A DNA stretch of 60,463 bases, the filler included, from Sluysia triapertura (lineage: Eukaryota): assembly GCA_046118255.1 (NCBI GenBank). It is 4 parts of 4 records of this genome, joined end to end, with 100 filler letters (N's around TTAATTAATTAA, not from the genome) between each part and the next. Parts side by side here need not be neighbours in the genome. Positions count along the whole stretch, not along the records: positions 1 to 18,802 come from JBJNIA010119750.1; 3 more parts are not named here. The stretch is one strand, 5' to 3'. This document shows, one piece after another, positions 1-11,910 of this stretch. Below the pieces are notes generated by a model. The model saw nothing but the letters and a program-made list of their open reading frames with translations, was not told the origin of the DNA and ran no database searches. The number at the start of each line of letters is the position of its first letter. Position 1 is the first letter of the stretch. The translations under genes and the position numbers were made by a program.

Positions 1-489
1 TATTATTACAGGGTGGAGTTTTTAAAGCTACATCCTTAATATATTAAATTGCATATTAATTATTATAAATTTATTATCGTTATTTGGTGTTTATATTTTA
101 TATTAATATTTTTTAATAATTTTCATTTTTACGTTATTAATTTTATAATTTTGATATTAATACTAAATATTTACGTTTTATTTAACCTTACGATTCTTAC
201 TAGTGTGTTATATAATAAAAATATCAAGTCTTTTTGTATTTTATTATTAATTTCAAATTATTACCAATATTAAGGTACGGTTACGGTGTTATCTTATTAA
301 GGTACTAAAAAATACGAATTGTGCTAAGAAGTTTTTTAAAATTTTCATTTTTCTTAAAAAACTAACGCATTAAGTCCAACGTTGGTCTCATTTAATTTTA
401 ACTTAGCTCAAGTTGTAAGTTAACGATTTTATTCATTAGTGTCAGATAGCGACTAAGCATTTTTTAAAAAAGAGTTAAAATTTTAATAA

Positions 490-800
490 TTACTTTACGT
501 GATTTTTACAGGTACGCCATAGGTAAGTCGTATACTGTAAACGGACTCATAAATATTAATTATTTTGCTGTAGGTAAGCTTTTAGGTTAAAAAAGAACCC
601 AGCAATAGCAAAATCACGTATACCTTGGATTATGTATGCATGATATTTCCAGATTTAAACTGAAATTAACAGTTAAGTTATTAAGTAAGAAATACTTCAG
701 CAAAAGCTACACCTTAGACGATTATTTATTTTAAAATCTTTTATCTACAAATCCAACGGCTAGCCCTAACTGGTAAGGCCAGTACGTTGGTGGACTCACG
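490..800 (+). mobile_element. Fragment of LTR-like leader repeat (family A)
   Basis: 490-580 aligns with 9970-10050 (TTTTACAGGTACG..AGTCG.ATACTGTAAAC.GACTC..ATTTTGCTG). It ends in a CCAACG...CGTTGG hairpin followed by TGGACTC, like the copies at 10.8 and 24.1 kb. Boundaries are approximate. Confidence 0.45.
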
Positions 801-1395
801 TTAAAATCTCGCCTTATTCTACTTATTCCCACATTATTGCTTCACCCAATGTATTAATTAATTTACAAAGTAATCATTTTAAGATAAAAGTTTTCAGGTT
901 TTGTAAAAATTAAATCTCAATCATTGTTCCAAAATTAATCTTAAAATATTCTTCACTATTGATGAATTTCTTGTAATATAATCATATTTTGCTTCATATT
1001 CGGTTTTGTAAGACCTACTTTTTCAACGTATTTTTATTATCAAAAATATTATCATCTTAATTTTAACATTAAAATAAAAGTGTATATATATGAAAAAAAA
1101 TTACATAAATTTAATTCTTATTTTTTCATAATTTTGCATTATCTCAATTGTTCCTTTTCATCATGATATTTTTCACCAAGTATAGAATATTTATTTGAAG
1201 TTTTTCATCATCTGTTTGTATTATTTCAAATTTAGTATATCGTAATAGCCAAACAATTTCAAATTTCATATGTTTACTTAATTTAACTTTGCATTAATTA
1301 TATATGTAATAAAGTGAAGCAGCTTCTTATGTTTATTCTTGAATTATGATAATCCATATTACACATGAAAAAATTACTCTGTAAAATTAAATGGA

Positions 1396-1432
1396 AACCT
1401 TCAGTAATTATTGATAATAATTACTGAAGGTT
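1396..1432. repeat. Perfect inverted repeat, 17-bp arms, 3-nt loop
   Basis: AACCTTCAGTAATTATT-GAT-AATAATTACTGAAGGTT read directly. Confidence 0.9.
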
Positions 1433-2193
1433 AAATTACGTTTTGCATTTTTCCGTAAAATTAACTTAATTAATGTCTATAAGCTTAATTATATTAGCTC
1501 TATCTATCTCGACTAATGCTGACTAAACAACGAATAATGATTAATACTATGTTTTCTAGTATGTTTTTCACGTCAAAAATATAAAGTTCTTTACAAAATC
1601 AGTTGGGAAATTCATATTTTTGTTTTTACTTAATATTTACTTTATATTTATGACTCTGAACACACAGTAGCACAATTTAAAATATATTTGTTAATCTTTG
1701 AATAAGGAATCATTTCCATTAAATCATTTGGGAATCGTGTTTTACATTTACTTCGTCAAGTTAATTTGCTAAATGATTTCTCAACCATTTAATTGTCTTC
1801 GCTGTCTTTTTTTACTCCTATTCAACTAACTTGATCTTTCTTTTTTGATCCTATATTACAACACTCAGATTTTATTTTGAAATTAATATTAAGTTAATGA
1901 GGTTACCATACTTATAATATTTTAAAGATTTTGTTTATATCAACTCACTTTAAGTAATTCTAGAACATTCCTATGAAATTTTCTGAAAATCAATGTTTGA
2001 ACGATCGAAAATATTTACTGTACGGCTATATATATTACGGTCTGAATGAAGAAAGATAAAAATGGTATTTATACACAAGTTTCGTACGTATTAGAGGATT
2101 ACGATTGTTAATCTTTTGTATTTGTTAGGGTAAAAGGCCTAAAAAAGTGCCAAGTAGTATAATTGAATATATTAAAAATGAAATTGTTAGACT

Positions 2194-2265
2194 GGGCTGA
2201 TAGCTCAGTGGTATCGCATTCGAACTGCGCAGTGATGGTCCCGGGTTCGATCCCCGGTTAGTCCA
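2194..2265 (+). tRNA. tRNA-Ala(TGC)-derived pseudo-tRNA / tRNA-like Pol III unit
   Basis: 72 nt. Acceptor GGGCTGA/TTAGTCC with G3:U70 and A73 (Ala identity elements). A box TAGCTCAGTGG, B box GGTTCGATCC, perfect T stem CCGGG/CCCGG, TGC at the anticodon position, followed by TTTT. The D stem and anticodon stem are mostly mismatched. Confidence 0.75.
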
Positions 2266-3089
2266 TTTTACGAAGTCTAACATATTTATTACTTTAAGTT
2301 TTATTAATAAATCTATATTCACAAATTATATTTTATTTATTTAGGGTTGTAGGCGTACAAATAATATAAATTTATAAAATACTATCGTTTCCGTATTGCA
2401 TATAAACCATTTCCATTTCCTAATACAAAACAATCAACCACTCAAAACTTGTGTCATAAAAAACAACCATCAAATCCCTAGCAAAAAACTTCTTAAATCC
2501 AGGAGTTTACTAGTAATTCAACAATAAAAGAACAAATAAAAGAACGAATAATTTTAATATTAATTTATTACAAAAGCATCGAAAGGAATAATTTTTTATT
2601 AAAACACCACACATTTAATGATTGATGTTACAAACTGTTATAAAAATTTAAAATTAAAATATCATACATTTTAAGAATTAAGTTTTATGTATAATTTTTA
2701 TATGTTTTTTTGGTAAGTTGCTCTAGGGAATTATGTAATATTCATAGAAATTACAAGAAACATGTAATATGTAAATGATATGACAAATTAAATTACTATT
2801 TATTTACTTTATCAATATAAATTGTTTTATTTTAATTTTTATAATTATTATTTAACGAAATTAATAAATTTTAAATTTTCCATACTCTTAATGTTAATGA
2901 CATTTCAAATACTATGCACATATTACGCAAAATCAATTTAAATCAAGTATAAACTAAAAGACCTTAATGAGTTAATTTCAATTTTGATTTCCTGACCTTA
3001 AAGTTGGAAAGTCTTTCTAAACAATAAATAATATCAAATATTTATGATAATAATAATAAATTAATTAATATTGCACTAATAAGTACTCA

Positions 3090-3250
3090 AAAGCGCTTAA
3101 AATAAATCATTCACCATAGTATTTCTTAAATTATTCATAATCTTCCACAGTAATTTGACATTCTCTGGTAGTTTGTTGCATATTTTTGAAGCATTACAAT
3201 TTATTTTGTTATCTGAATACGGATATTGATGTGATTTAGATATTTCCTGT
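3090..3250 (-). mobile_element. Possible LINE (CR1/L2-like) ORF2 3' relic
   Basis: Minus-strand translation ASKICNKLPENVK resembles the WNxLPxxV C-terminal motif of CR1/L2 ORF2. Short and degenerate. Confidence 0.3.
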
Positions 3251-4695
3251 CGCAAAATTTACATGTAATTTAGATTACTCACAGACAATCTGTAACTATA
3301 GATGATATTTAATTTAACACTTGTTTAGCGTGCTCCAGATGAAAATAAATAAATTTTTATTTCTAACACAATTATTGAATTATAATAGTTATTTTTTCGT
3401 ATAATTTATTCCAAAGTGTGTATATACATAAATCAAATTTAGATATTTTTTAAAATTAATACGATTAATGATTTGTTTTAATGATGTATTGAAACAATAT
3501 CAAAATTTAATATTTCTAAATAAAAGTACAAATCCACATATATTTTATTTTAATAAATATATTTTTTTTGTTTTATTTTAATTATTTATTTTTATTAATA
3601 ATAAAATTTGTTCAAAAAAATGGATAAAATAGAATTTACAAATTTATTTTTTATATTATTAATCTTTATATCCAATTTTATGCATTTAATAAATAATTAT
3701 TATACAAATTAAATAAATAATAATTACTTTATTTAATTTAATATTCACATTACACAAATGTATTAAACACTATATTCACTAACCAACTTTTAAACTATTG
3801 ACAGTATCGAATAAACTCGGTAAGGCAATAAATAAAACAAAAATTGACAATTTAATGATATTCATTATTAGTGTTATAATAATAGTACTGTTTCAAATAA
3901 AATTTTTGATTTCAAAAAATCAATTTTAATACAAATTTATAAACGCTTTTAATTTTTATTTTATAATATATATAATCAATTAACCAATAAAATATTTTAC
4001 TCAGTCTCCTCACCAATTAAAAATAATACGTTTTCATTTCATTTTTTAATAATTAATGAAATTTCAATATAATTAACAAAGATATTGTAATTCACATGAA
4101 TAATTATTAGAAAAACACTTTTTCAAAGTAGCATCATTAAAGTCATGTTAAAAATTAAAACAAATTCAAAATTTGTAATTGAAAGAATTTAGATAATCAA
4201 AACTATAATAATAAGGTTTGTAAAAATTAGAAGAAGAAGAAGAAGAAAGTTAAACTCCAAAATAAGAATGACAATAAATTTAATTTCGGGATATTCTGTT
4301 GTGCAGTCACATACAATTTGATCAGTTATTCAATTGCACATTTTAAGCCTATCCCTAAAGATAATAATAATCATAATAAAGCCTTATATTATGTTGAAAT
4401 AAAAGTGCAGCGGATAAGAATCTATCCAAGAATTTACTTTAATGGTTCAGTTAGCCAATGTAAAATACGATCTTCATACTAGTTTTTGAAAGGCGATACA
4501 GATCAAAACTGCATAAAATGAATTATAATTCTTCTAATCGATGAAACCAATTATTAATTTGAAAATGTTACTTTCATTATAAAGAAAATAACTTAATAGT
4601 AGTTTCAGTTGTTTCGGAGAAGATCTTAAAAATTTAAAATGCATTCAACGGAAAAATAAAACAAAAAAGCAAAAATAGACCATTAAAAACTTTGA

Positions 4696-4887
4696 AAGGA
4701 AGTTGCTACACTTAATTACATATTGAATAAAGTCATTATAGAAATTAGTGTTGGTATCTCTTCTAATTACTCAACAATTATAGTTTTTATAATTTATGGG
4801 TTCGCCTATAATCTACGGTTTAAATCCCAAAGAAGACGTAGTTATAGGAATGACAGTCAAAAATATTCTGCGATAAGGAATCCTTAA
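4696..4887 (+). pseudogene. Possible cadherin-repeat-like relic
   Basis: Open frame without ATG, KEVATLNYILNKVIIEISVGISSNYSTIIVFIIYGFAYNLRF, has the LDYE / xVxVxD / STxxVxI / NxPxF spacing of cadherin repeats. Nearby upstream peptides VEIKVQRIRIYPRIYFNGSVSQ and LKGDTDQN also fit. Confidence 0.3.
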
Positions 4888-6649
4888 TCTTTAGTGCACA
4901 ATTCACTAATAAAGTCTAATTCTTTAACAATTGTCAGAGGGTCTGTTAATTAACCTATTAGCACAAAGTATCTTTCAATTTATCTTAACACAATTATCTT
5001 TTATTTTACTTAACACTAATCTACGTTGTTGAACTGTAACAAATTACTTTTTAGACAAAATTAAGAAAAAACTCAGTTATCTCCGATTATATATTATGAA
5101 CAGACTAAATACATAAGTTAGATGCAAAATAAATATGATAAATATATATAGTAGTATATGATCTAGGATTTCTCCTAAGATAATTAATATGAATAAGAAT
5201 TTTAAGATTTTAACCCAGGTGAATATTTGGGCTTAGAAAATGTTTATGTTAATTTACGTATATTTTAACACAAAATAATAATTGTGAACAACTTATAATA
5301 AATAGCTTACGATTTCATGGATGCTCGAAAAATAAAGTGTAATGTTGACTGATAGAACAATTAGTATCCAAATCCAAATGTAATCGATCCACGAGGTGTA
5401 TATTCCGAATCAGGTTCAATAGCTGATACGAATCTTCCAACGAAGTTTTGTGATTTCTCTCTTTAAAATTGTGTGATTTAGCCAGAAATCGCAATCTATT
5501 TATACTAAGTTAATTTTTGTGAACTATACCGAAAGACTTTAGAGTATGCCGGCGATTTATTTGCGGCAATTATTTTATAAAAGAAAAATATGATTATTTG
5601 TTTATCAAAATAAAAGAATTTTATCTAAAATAACAGAAATTTTAATTAAATTTGTACTTATTAATTAATGTAAATTTTTCTAAAGTTCTTTATAAAGTTA
5701 TTAAACAAAATTTATTTACAAAATTTAATAAAAATTTAATATTTTATTATTTTAGGTAATCATATTTTCTTATAATTTTTAATATTTACATAATCAATTA
5801 CTAAAGAATAGGCCTTAATAACACCGTTAACTCTAACTCTGGTCTCTGTTGTTTTTACTTCTAACTCTATGTAACTGCTGTTTTATAGCAGTTTTATGAT
5901 GTTGTAAGAAATTAAAGTTAGAAATTGAACAAGACAGAAATTAAAGCTGTCTACTCTATTTTAGTCGGTAATAAGCCGACTAATTTTACTGATTGAATTT
6001 TGACACCAATTTCCGTCTTTGTTCAAATTCAATCTAATTTTAATGGAATTTGTGGTAAACAATCACCTTATCTCTTAATATCATCTAATTAAAATTTAAA
6101 ATCATTGTTACAATGCCATTATCGTAATAACGTAATTTATCACCTTAATTTAAAGATAAAATATATGAAATAATAAATCTATATCTCACAGGATTATTCT
6201 GCATTAATACGTCGTGCATCAGCCGTACGTTGCAAGTCAAGTTCAATAACATATTTGAATTAGTATCATTATAAGTGTTAGGAATCGTCGGACTGTAGGA
6301 CTGTCGGACTGCAACGTCGAACTTCAAGAACCAATGAACTACGAAGCTGTTGATATAATTAACAAATAATAATGGAATAATTAACAAATAATAAAAAAAA
6401 TTAACATATAATAATATCTGTTTTTTATTTTATTCTAACAATCGAACACTTTATTTTATTTTATTTTGACAATTTGAATAATTTTAGTTATTAGTTATTT
6501 ATTTTTATGGTATTTATTTTTAAATATTATCATTATTATAATACGAACAAATAATAATTTAAACAAGTATTTTAAATTTATAACTTTTGTTTTAATGAAT
6601 TCAAGTTTAATAAATTCAAATTTTGTTTTAATGAATCAAAATCGAAACT

Positions 6650-7335
6650 AGGAATATAAACAACAAACAAGGAAGTAAGGATTGTATATATAAAAGACAC
6701 ACTTTAGAAATAGGTCACACCGAAAAACTTGGGATATCACAAACAGAGAAAAAATTTTCAAGGATCAAGCTATTGTCCATGCATAGGTAAATTTTTATTA
6801 AATAGGTTTCACTATTCTAACCGTAAAAGATAAAATATAAAATAGACTTAAATTGATTGTATTATCCTATACCGTAAACGGATAGGTTAAAATCTTTTTA
6901 AACTTTCAACTATTTTATATCTAAACATTAAGTTTAAGGTACTAAAGTGAATATTAAAATTATTATTATTACTAAACTATTTGTATTCAACCGATTTGTG
7001 AATAATTACTTTAAAGTATTGAGTCTTTGTTGATTAATTTTTATAAAATACAGTTTGTATAAATCAGACCGTAACAGGCTGGTTTAATTTATAAATTCAT
7101 CTATAATTACCAGACCGTACAAAGGCTGGTTTAACTCACAAATTAAAGCATACTAAAAGAAAATTTAACATCTATAACATTACTGTAAGAAGCCTTACTT
7201 CTCTTGTTTTAAAGCCTAATTAGACCGTCGTCCGCTCGTGACGTAAACCGTATCTAATTAGCCGAGCTCAGCTCCAGTCGATAATCTTTTGTAAGTTAGT
7301 TCTAGTTAGGAAAGAACACTTGCAATATTTTGGCA
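6650..7335 (+). mobile_element. LTR-like leader copy (family A)
   Basis: TATATAAAA at 6687, AG/GTAAAT donor at 6787, three bulged-A hairpins (6866, 7061, 7109), a GCTCG/CGAGC hairpin, then AACACTTGCAATATTT-TGG. This parallels 23413-24209. Confidence 0.6.
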
Positions 7336-7429
7336 CAAGACTTCACATTCAAGGAAATTGGTTCTTTTAATAATGATTTATGTATATAGTTGTATCATTA
7401 TTCACCAAAACTGGGACAATGAAAAAAGG

Positions 7430-7594
7430 TGGTGGTTTCTAGAAAATGGCGGCTTTTCGAGTAAGAAAAAAATTATATATTAGTTATATAAATAATTTAT
7501 ATATATATATAACCAAATTACACTTATTTACATTCATTTTTGCAAAAATAAATTGGCGGATTCCAGAAAATGGCGGATAAGAGAGTAGTTACTG
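7430..7594. mobile_element. Terminal fragment of pogo/Tigger-type DNA transposon
   Basis: Ends ...GGCGGATAAGAGAGTAGTTACTG-TA (reverse TA-CAGTAACTACTCTCTTATCCGCC) with repeated AGAAAATGGCGG subterminal motifs. No partner TIR seen. Confidence 0.55.
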
Positions 7595-8469
7595 TATGTA
7601 GTTTTTTGTACAGCACTAAAACAGTAAAAATTGTGTGTGTTCTTACACAATTAAAATAATAAAAAATTTAAAACTTTACATAAATCATTCATCTTCTTAA
7701 CAATCACATCGCATCATTAATTGCGTTGTACAATTTCATTTTATACTTTCTCATCTTCTTTTATTTTGTCTTAATTTATTTTGATCCACATTTGGGCAAT
7801 ACTAATATTCTTAATACTATTTTTTGTTTCAGAAAGGCCTTTAATTTAAGGTCAAGTCCATTGATATATAAACTACTTTAATTACATTCACACATGTTGA
7901 AGCACAAAAAAATATAATTTGTGGTTGTCATTTGTAACAATAACAGGATTCAGATTGTACCTTAAATAATCGTTACTCTATTCTGTGTAATTCCACATTT
8001 AACGTGTTATTTTGAAATAATTCTTGAAATAGTCACAATCACTTTGTATGTAAATTTCTCGAAATAGAATGGTTACAATCAAATAAGTCCACGAAAAGTA
8101 TATTTCCCAAATATAATCAATTACGATCAGATATCTCCCAAATTAATTTTTGTCTTGGATTCAAATAAAAGATCACTTAGATAGATTTGCAGAAGTTTTA
8201 TAACGCATGTGCGTCGTACATCATTTTGAGCGTCTTATTTACAAGTTTTTATCTCGCTTGTAGGTAATAAAATATTTTAATTCCATGATATAAAGTTGCA
8301 ATTAAAATAATATGAAAGTATCATAAATTGTAAATAAAAATATCATAAAATACTATCATTAAGATTTGGAAGTTTTAAGATCCTTTTGATTTAAAAATTA
8401 AAATAATGTATTAAAATATTTACTAAATTTAAAAGCTAAAATAATATATATTTATGTTATATTTATGTT

Positions 8470-8553
8470 GCGCCCTTGAATTAACCGATTACAATAAGTC
8501 AGTAATAGCTTAAATGGAATCCCAATATTTTCAATACTTATCAAAATAAATTT
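8470..8553 (+). repeat. Dispersed ~85-bp repeat, second copy at 42907-42999
   Basis: Shared TTGAATTAACCGATTACAATAAGTCAGTAATAGCTTAA..GGAATCC.AATATTTT.AATAC.TATCAAAATAAATTT. Confidence 0.85.
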
Positions 8554-9969
8554 AAATTATCTCAAATTCTATTAGATTAATAACGGTAAATATTCTACCC
8601 CAACAGAAGTTATATTCTTTAATTCAAATAAATAACAAAACTCAATGTTATGATAATTACAAAAATTTAAAGTAAATCACCGCTGTAACAATAATGTAAA
8701 TGAGACAACTAAAAATAATAATAAAAGGTAAAAATAAAGTTAACAATGACTTTTTTAAATAATGTTAATAACCCGTGCACAACGAAAACCAGATGTCACG
8801 CAATAAAAATGAAGATTTGACAAATACTAATATTGTAAAGGTTGTAAATAAGTATTTTTATTGATATTTTAATATAAAATTATTTATGTTTTATTATTTT
8901 ATATTTTATGTATTTTTATGTTTTGTGTATTTATTAAAAAAATTATAAATATTATAAATACTATAAAAATTATTAAAATTATTATTATTTAAAAAATTCT
9001 AATTACAATTATATTAAAATTAAAATTAACACTTAATAATTTTAAAAGTAATTCAAAAACAAATTTCTAGAAATGAATTGTTTTATTAAATCAAATTTAA
9101 AAAATATGATTTCTTATATATAAAAAACTATATAAACAAAGAGCAGTAGGACCACCATTTTGTCAACTTCTATTTACTAGTGTGGTGGCCTATTGATATC
9201 AGCGACCATTTTTAATTCAAATCAAAAGTGCAATCGCCATTTTATTATCGGTTAATTTCAGTCATCGTTTCGGTTTCTTTTGGGTAATCAACGGCCTTAG
9301 CGATCCAAGTCAATTACAAAGCAGAATTAGTTCTCAAATATTCAATTAGAGAGATATCAGCTCCAAATTATCTTCAAGCAAATTAATTAAGCAAATAAAG
9401 ACATTCCTTCGATCTCGAATACTCTATCATCAATTATTAAATTATTGATTAGATAATAAGTTTATTTTAAATAAAGTGAAACACGCCAGAGTTTCATACC
9501 TTATTTTCAGTTGGCCATTAAGATCAATACAAAATTATAAAGTCATTATCGGGCTAGACCTCTTGTTATAAATAATTTAATATTGTTATTATCATTCTTA
9601 TTATTTGATTAACATTGTTTATACTATCATTTTAATAAGCTTATAATTGTTTTATTTTAATTTCGTCGTATTTACTTTTTGTTACATAATAAACTTTTAG
9701 TCATTTTTAAGTTTTAGTTCATTAGAATAGTGATTCCTAGAAAATAATTGTAGTTTTAGGGATAAAAGATAAATATGTTTTTATACTAATATTTGCAGCA
9801 TTATTATAAACTTAAATACAGACGACAGTGTTGGTCGTTGTTAGCGTTATATTTTATAAGTTATTTGGTTATCTGTCAACATAACTGACGATTTTGTTCC
9901 CTATTGTTTAAGTTAAAGTAAAGAGTATTTTTTATAGTGTTAATCTCGCACATAGTGTTATTCTCACAT

Positions 9970-10890
9970 AATTTTACAGGTACGTCATTAGTAAGTCGCA
10001 TACTGTAAACTGACTCTGAATAATAATAATCCATTTTGCTGATAATTAAGTCTTTTTTAATAGAAAAACAGCAGCACTATTTATATTCTTCCCAAAGAAT
10101 GAAAAACCAAATCAAAATTAAATATTTTTAAAATAAATTGGGCAGAATGTCTCCCACTAATTTATCTTACAAATAGCTAAAAATCAAATAATTAAAGTAA
10201 AATATTTTTAAAAAAAAATTGGACAGAAATGTCTTCCACAAAACTAACTTATATTAAAAATGTCCCCCTGTAAATAAAATTAAAAATAAAATAAAAATAA
10301 AATAAAAATGAAATTAATAAAAATTACGCAGAGCATGGAAATGAGTAGCATGAATCATGTCTTTGTTGTTTGTACTTTGTACTCTGTCATCATCATATCA
10401 TTATAATAATTATTATTATAATTTATTATTATAATTTATTATTATTATAATTTATTTACCATTGTAATAACATCTTGTACTGATCTTTGTAAAGAAAATT
10501 TCATAATACACCTTGAATGTGTGTCTATTTATTTATTAATAAATAAAATGTCATTTTATCCTCGCTAGATCGTAACAAGGCTAATTTAAAATACTGTTCA
10601 TTTAAAGCTGGACCGTAAAAAGGCTAACTTAAAATCTCATAAATTATAATTAATATTAATTAAAGAATTTTTTACGTATTAATAACATAACGAATAAGCG
10701 TTGTTACGTGACTATTTACATAATTATTGAGAACATATGTGACTGTTTACTCAATACATGACTCTTCTAAAAAAGAATTGTACCACTTCTTAAAAGCCTA
10801 ATAAACCACCTTCGACCAGATATAAGACGTTTCTTTTAGGTGGACTTACCTCCAGAATTATATTTTGCACTTTATAAGTTTTTAAGCTAA
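9970..10890 (+). mobile_element. LTR-like leader copy (family A), interrupted
   Basis: The 5' part matches 490-580. Two bulged-A hairpins at 10565 and 10605. The CCACCT...AGGTGG hairpin at 10806-10843 is shared with 24111-24142. Confidence 0.55.
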
Positions 10891-10933
10891 AAATCTTCGC
10901 AATGATATAAGTGAATAGTGTTATTAGGTAATG

Positions 10934-11910
10934 CTAATCCGCAATGTAAACCATCATATAATCATATGTTATTATCAATGCATTATCATCTAATGGATTG
11001 TCCATAATTACAATGTCACCAAGATATCGATAGATGACCATAGGAAATTCAATTGTCATAGTTAATTGTTGGAACGCAAATGGTTTGGTCCTACCCTTAT
11101 AATATCTTACTAATAATAACTTTTGAATCATGTTTAGTCATATTCCAATTCTATAGTTAGTGTAACATTAAATTGTTGATATTTTGTAAGGTCATTAAAG
11201 AATATTATCCAATGTTTGTTTGTTTCTGTTTCAACTCGACATCAGTTCACTATGCAACACTTTATTGAAGATGAATCAAATTAATTTTATTTACCTGTAC
11301 TGTGGCATAAATATCTTTCTGATTTGATGCTAAAGATATTCAAGGCGTGATATTTCTTAGTATATAATTATTTTTATCTAAGTTTATTGTAGCACTATAT
11401 GTAATTGATATACACGATAATTAAATTCATGCTAATAATGTTGACCTTAATTGTGTTATTTGTAGCATATTCATAAATCGGAGATGAAAACAATGGCATA
11501 CCTGTTACCGAAGCATAATTATTTCGATATGGAATTGTATACGGGTCACCGTGGTTGTTATTTTGCGTTAAACATGGATATCGACATCTGTTTGATATAA
11601 AAATAATAATAGTTAGTACTGCTATCCTGAGAGCGATTATAAACAATTAATATTAATAATGATGGATCGTTTCGTAATACTTCTAATACTGTTAAGAGTT
11701 TTCTTGCCTCTTTAATGCGAAGTGTAAATACACTGATTTTATTTTACTCTTACATAATTATAATTAAATTATATGTTCAAAATTGGTTAGATATAAGTAG
11801 AAACGTATGAGTATAAGAAACTAATTTGAAGATACTAAAATCATGTTTATATTAATGAAGAAGTATTATTTATTTCACCTTGATAATTATTGCAAAATCT
11901 AAATGGAATC
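10934..11910 (-). pseudogene. Decayed cadherin-repeat-containing gene
   Basis: Fragments in shifting frames: IPFRFCNNYQGEINNTSSL; YPCLT / ITTTVTRIQF / GMPLFSSPIYEY; FPMVIYRYLGDIVIMDNPLDDNALIITYDYMMVYIAD. These follow the cadherin pattern PFxIxxxxGxI...LD(YE)...YxxxVxAxD and PxLxxTxTVT...PxFxxxxY. Several stops and frameshifts. Confidence 0.5.

Noticed and set aside
49-273. Hydrophobic I/F/L/N/Y-rich ORFs (also 21748, 25337, 42976, 56873, 57754)
   Set aside because: These are low-complexity AT-rich or microsatellite translations, or antisense to gag.
6866-7130. Repeat-spacer appearance of the hairpin clusters (CRISPR-like)
   Set aside because: Repeats vary in sequence, spacing is irregular (about 20-230 nt), the context is eukaryotic and there are no cas genes.
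10570-10581. TCGTAACAAGG, identical to the SSU rRNA 3' motif
   Set aside because: Only 11 nt, with no flanking rRNA similarity. It is one variant of the hairpin family.
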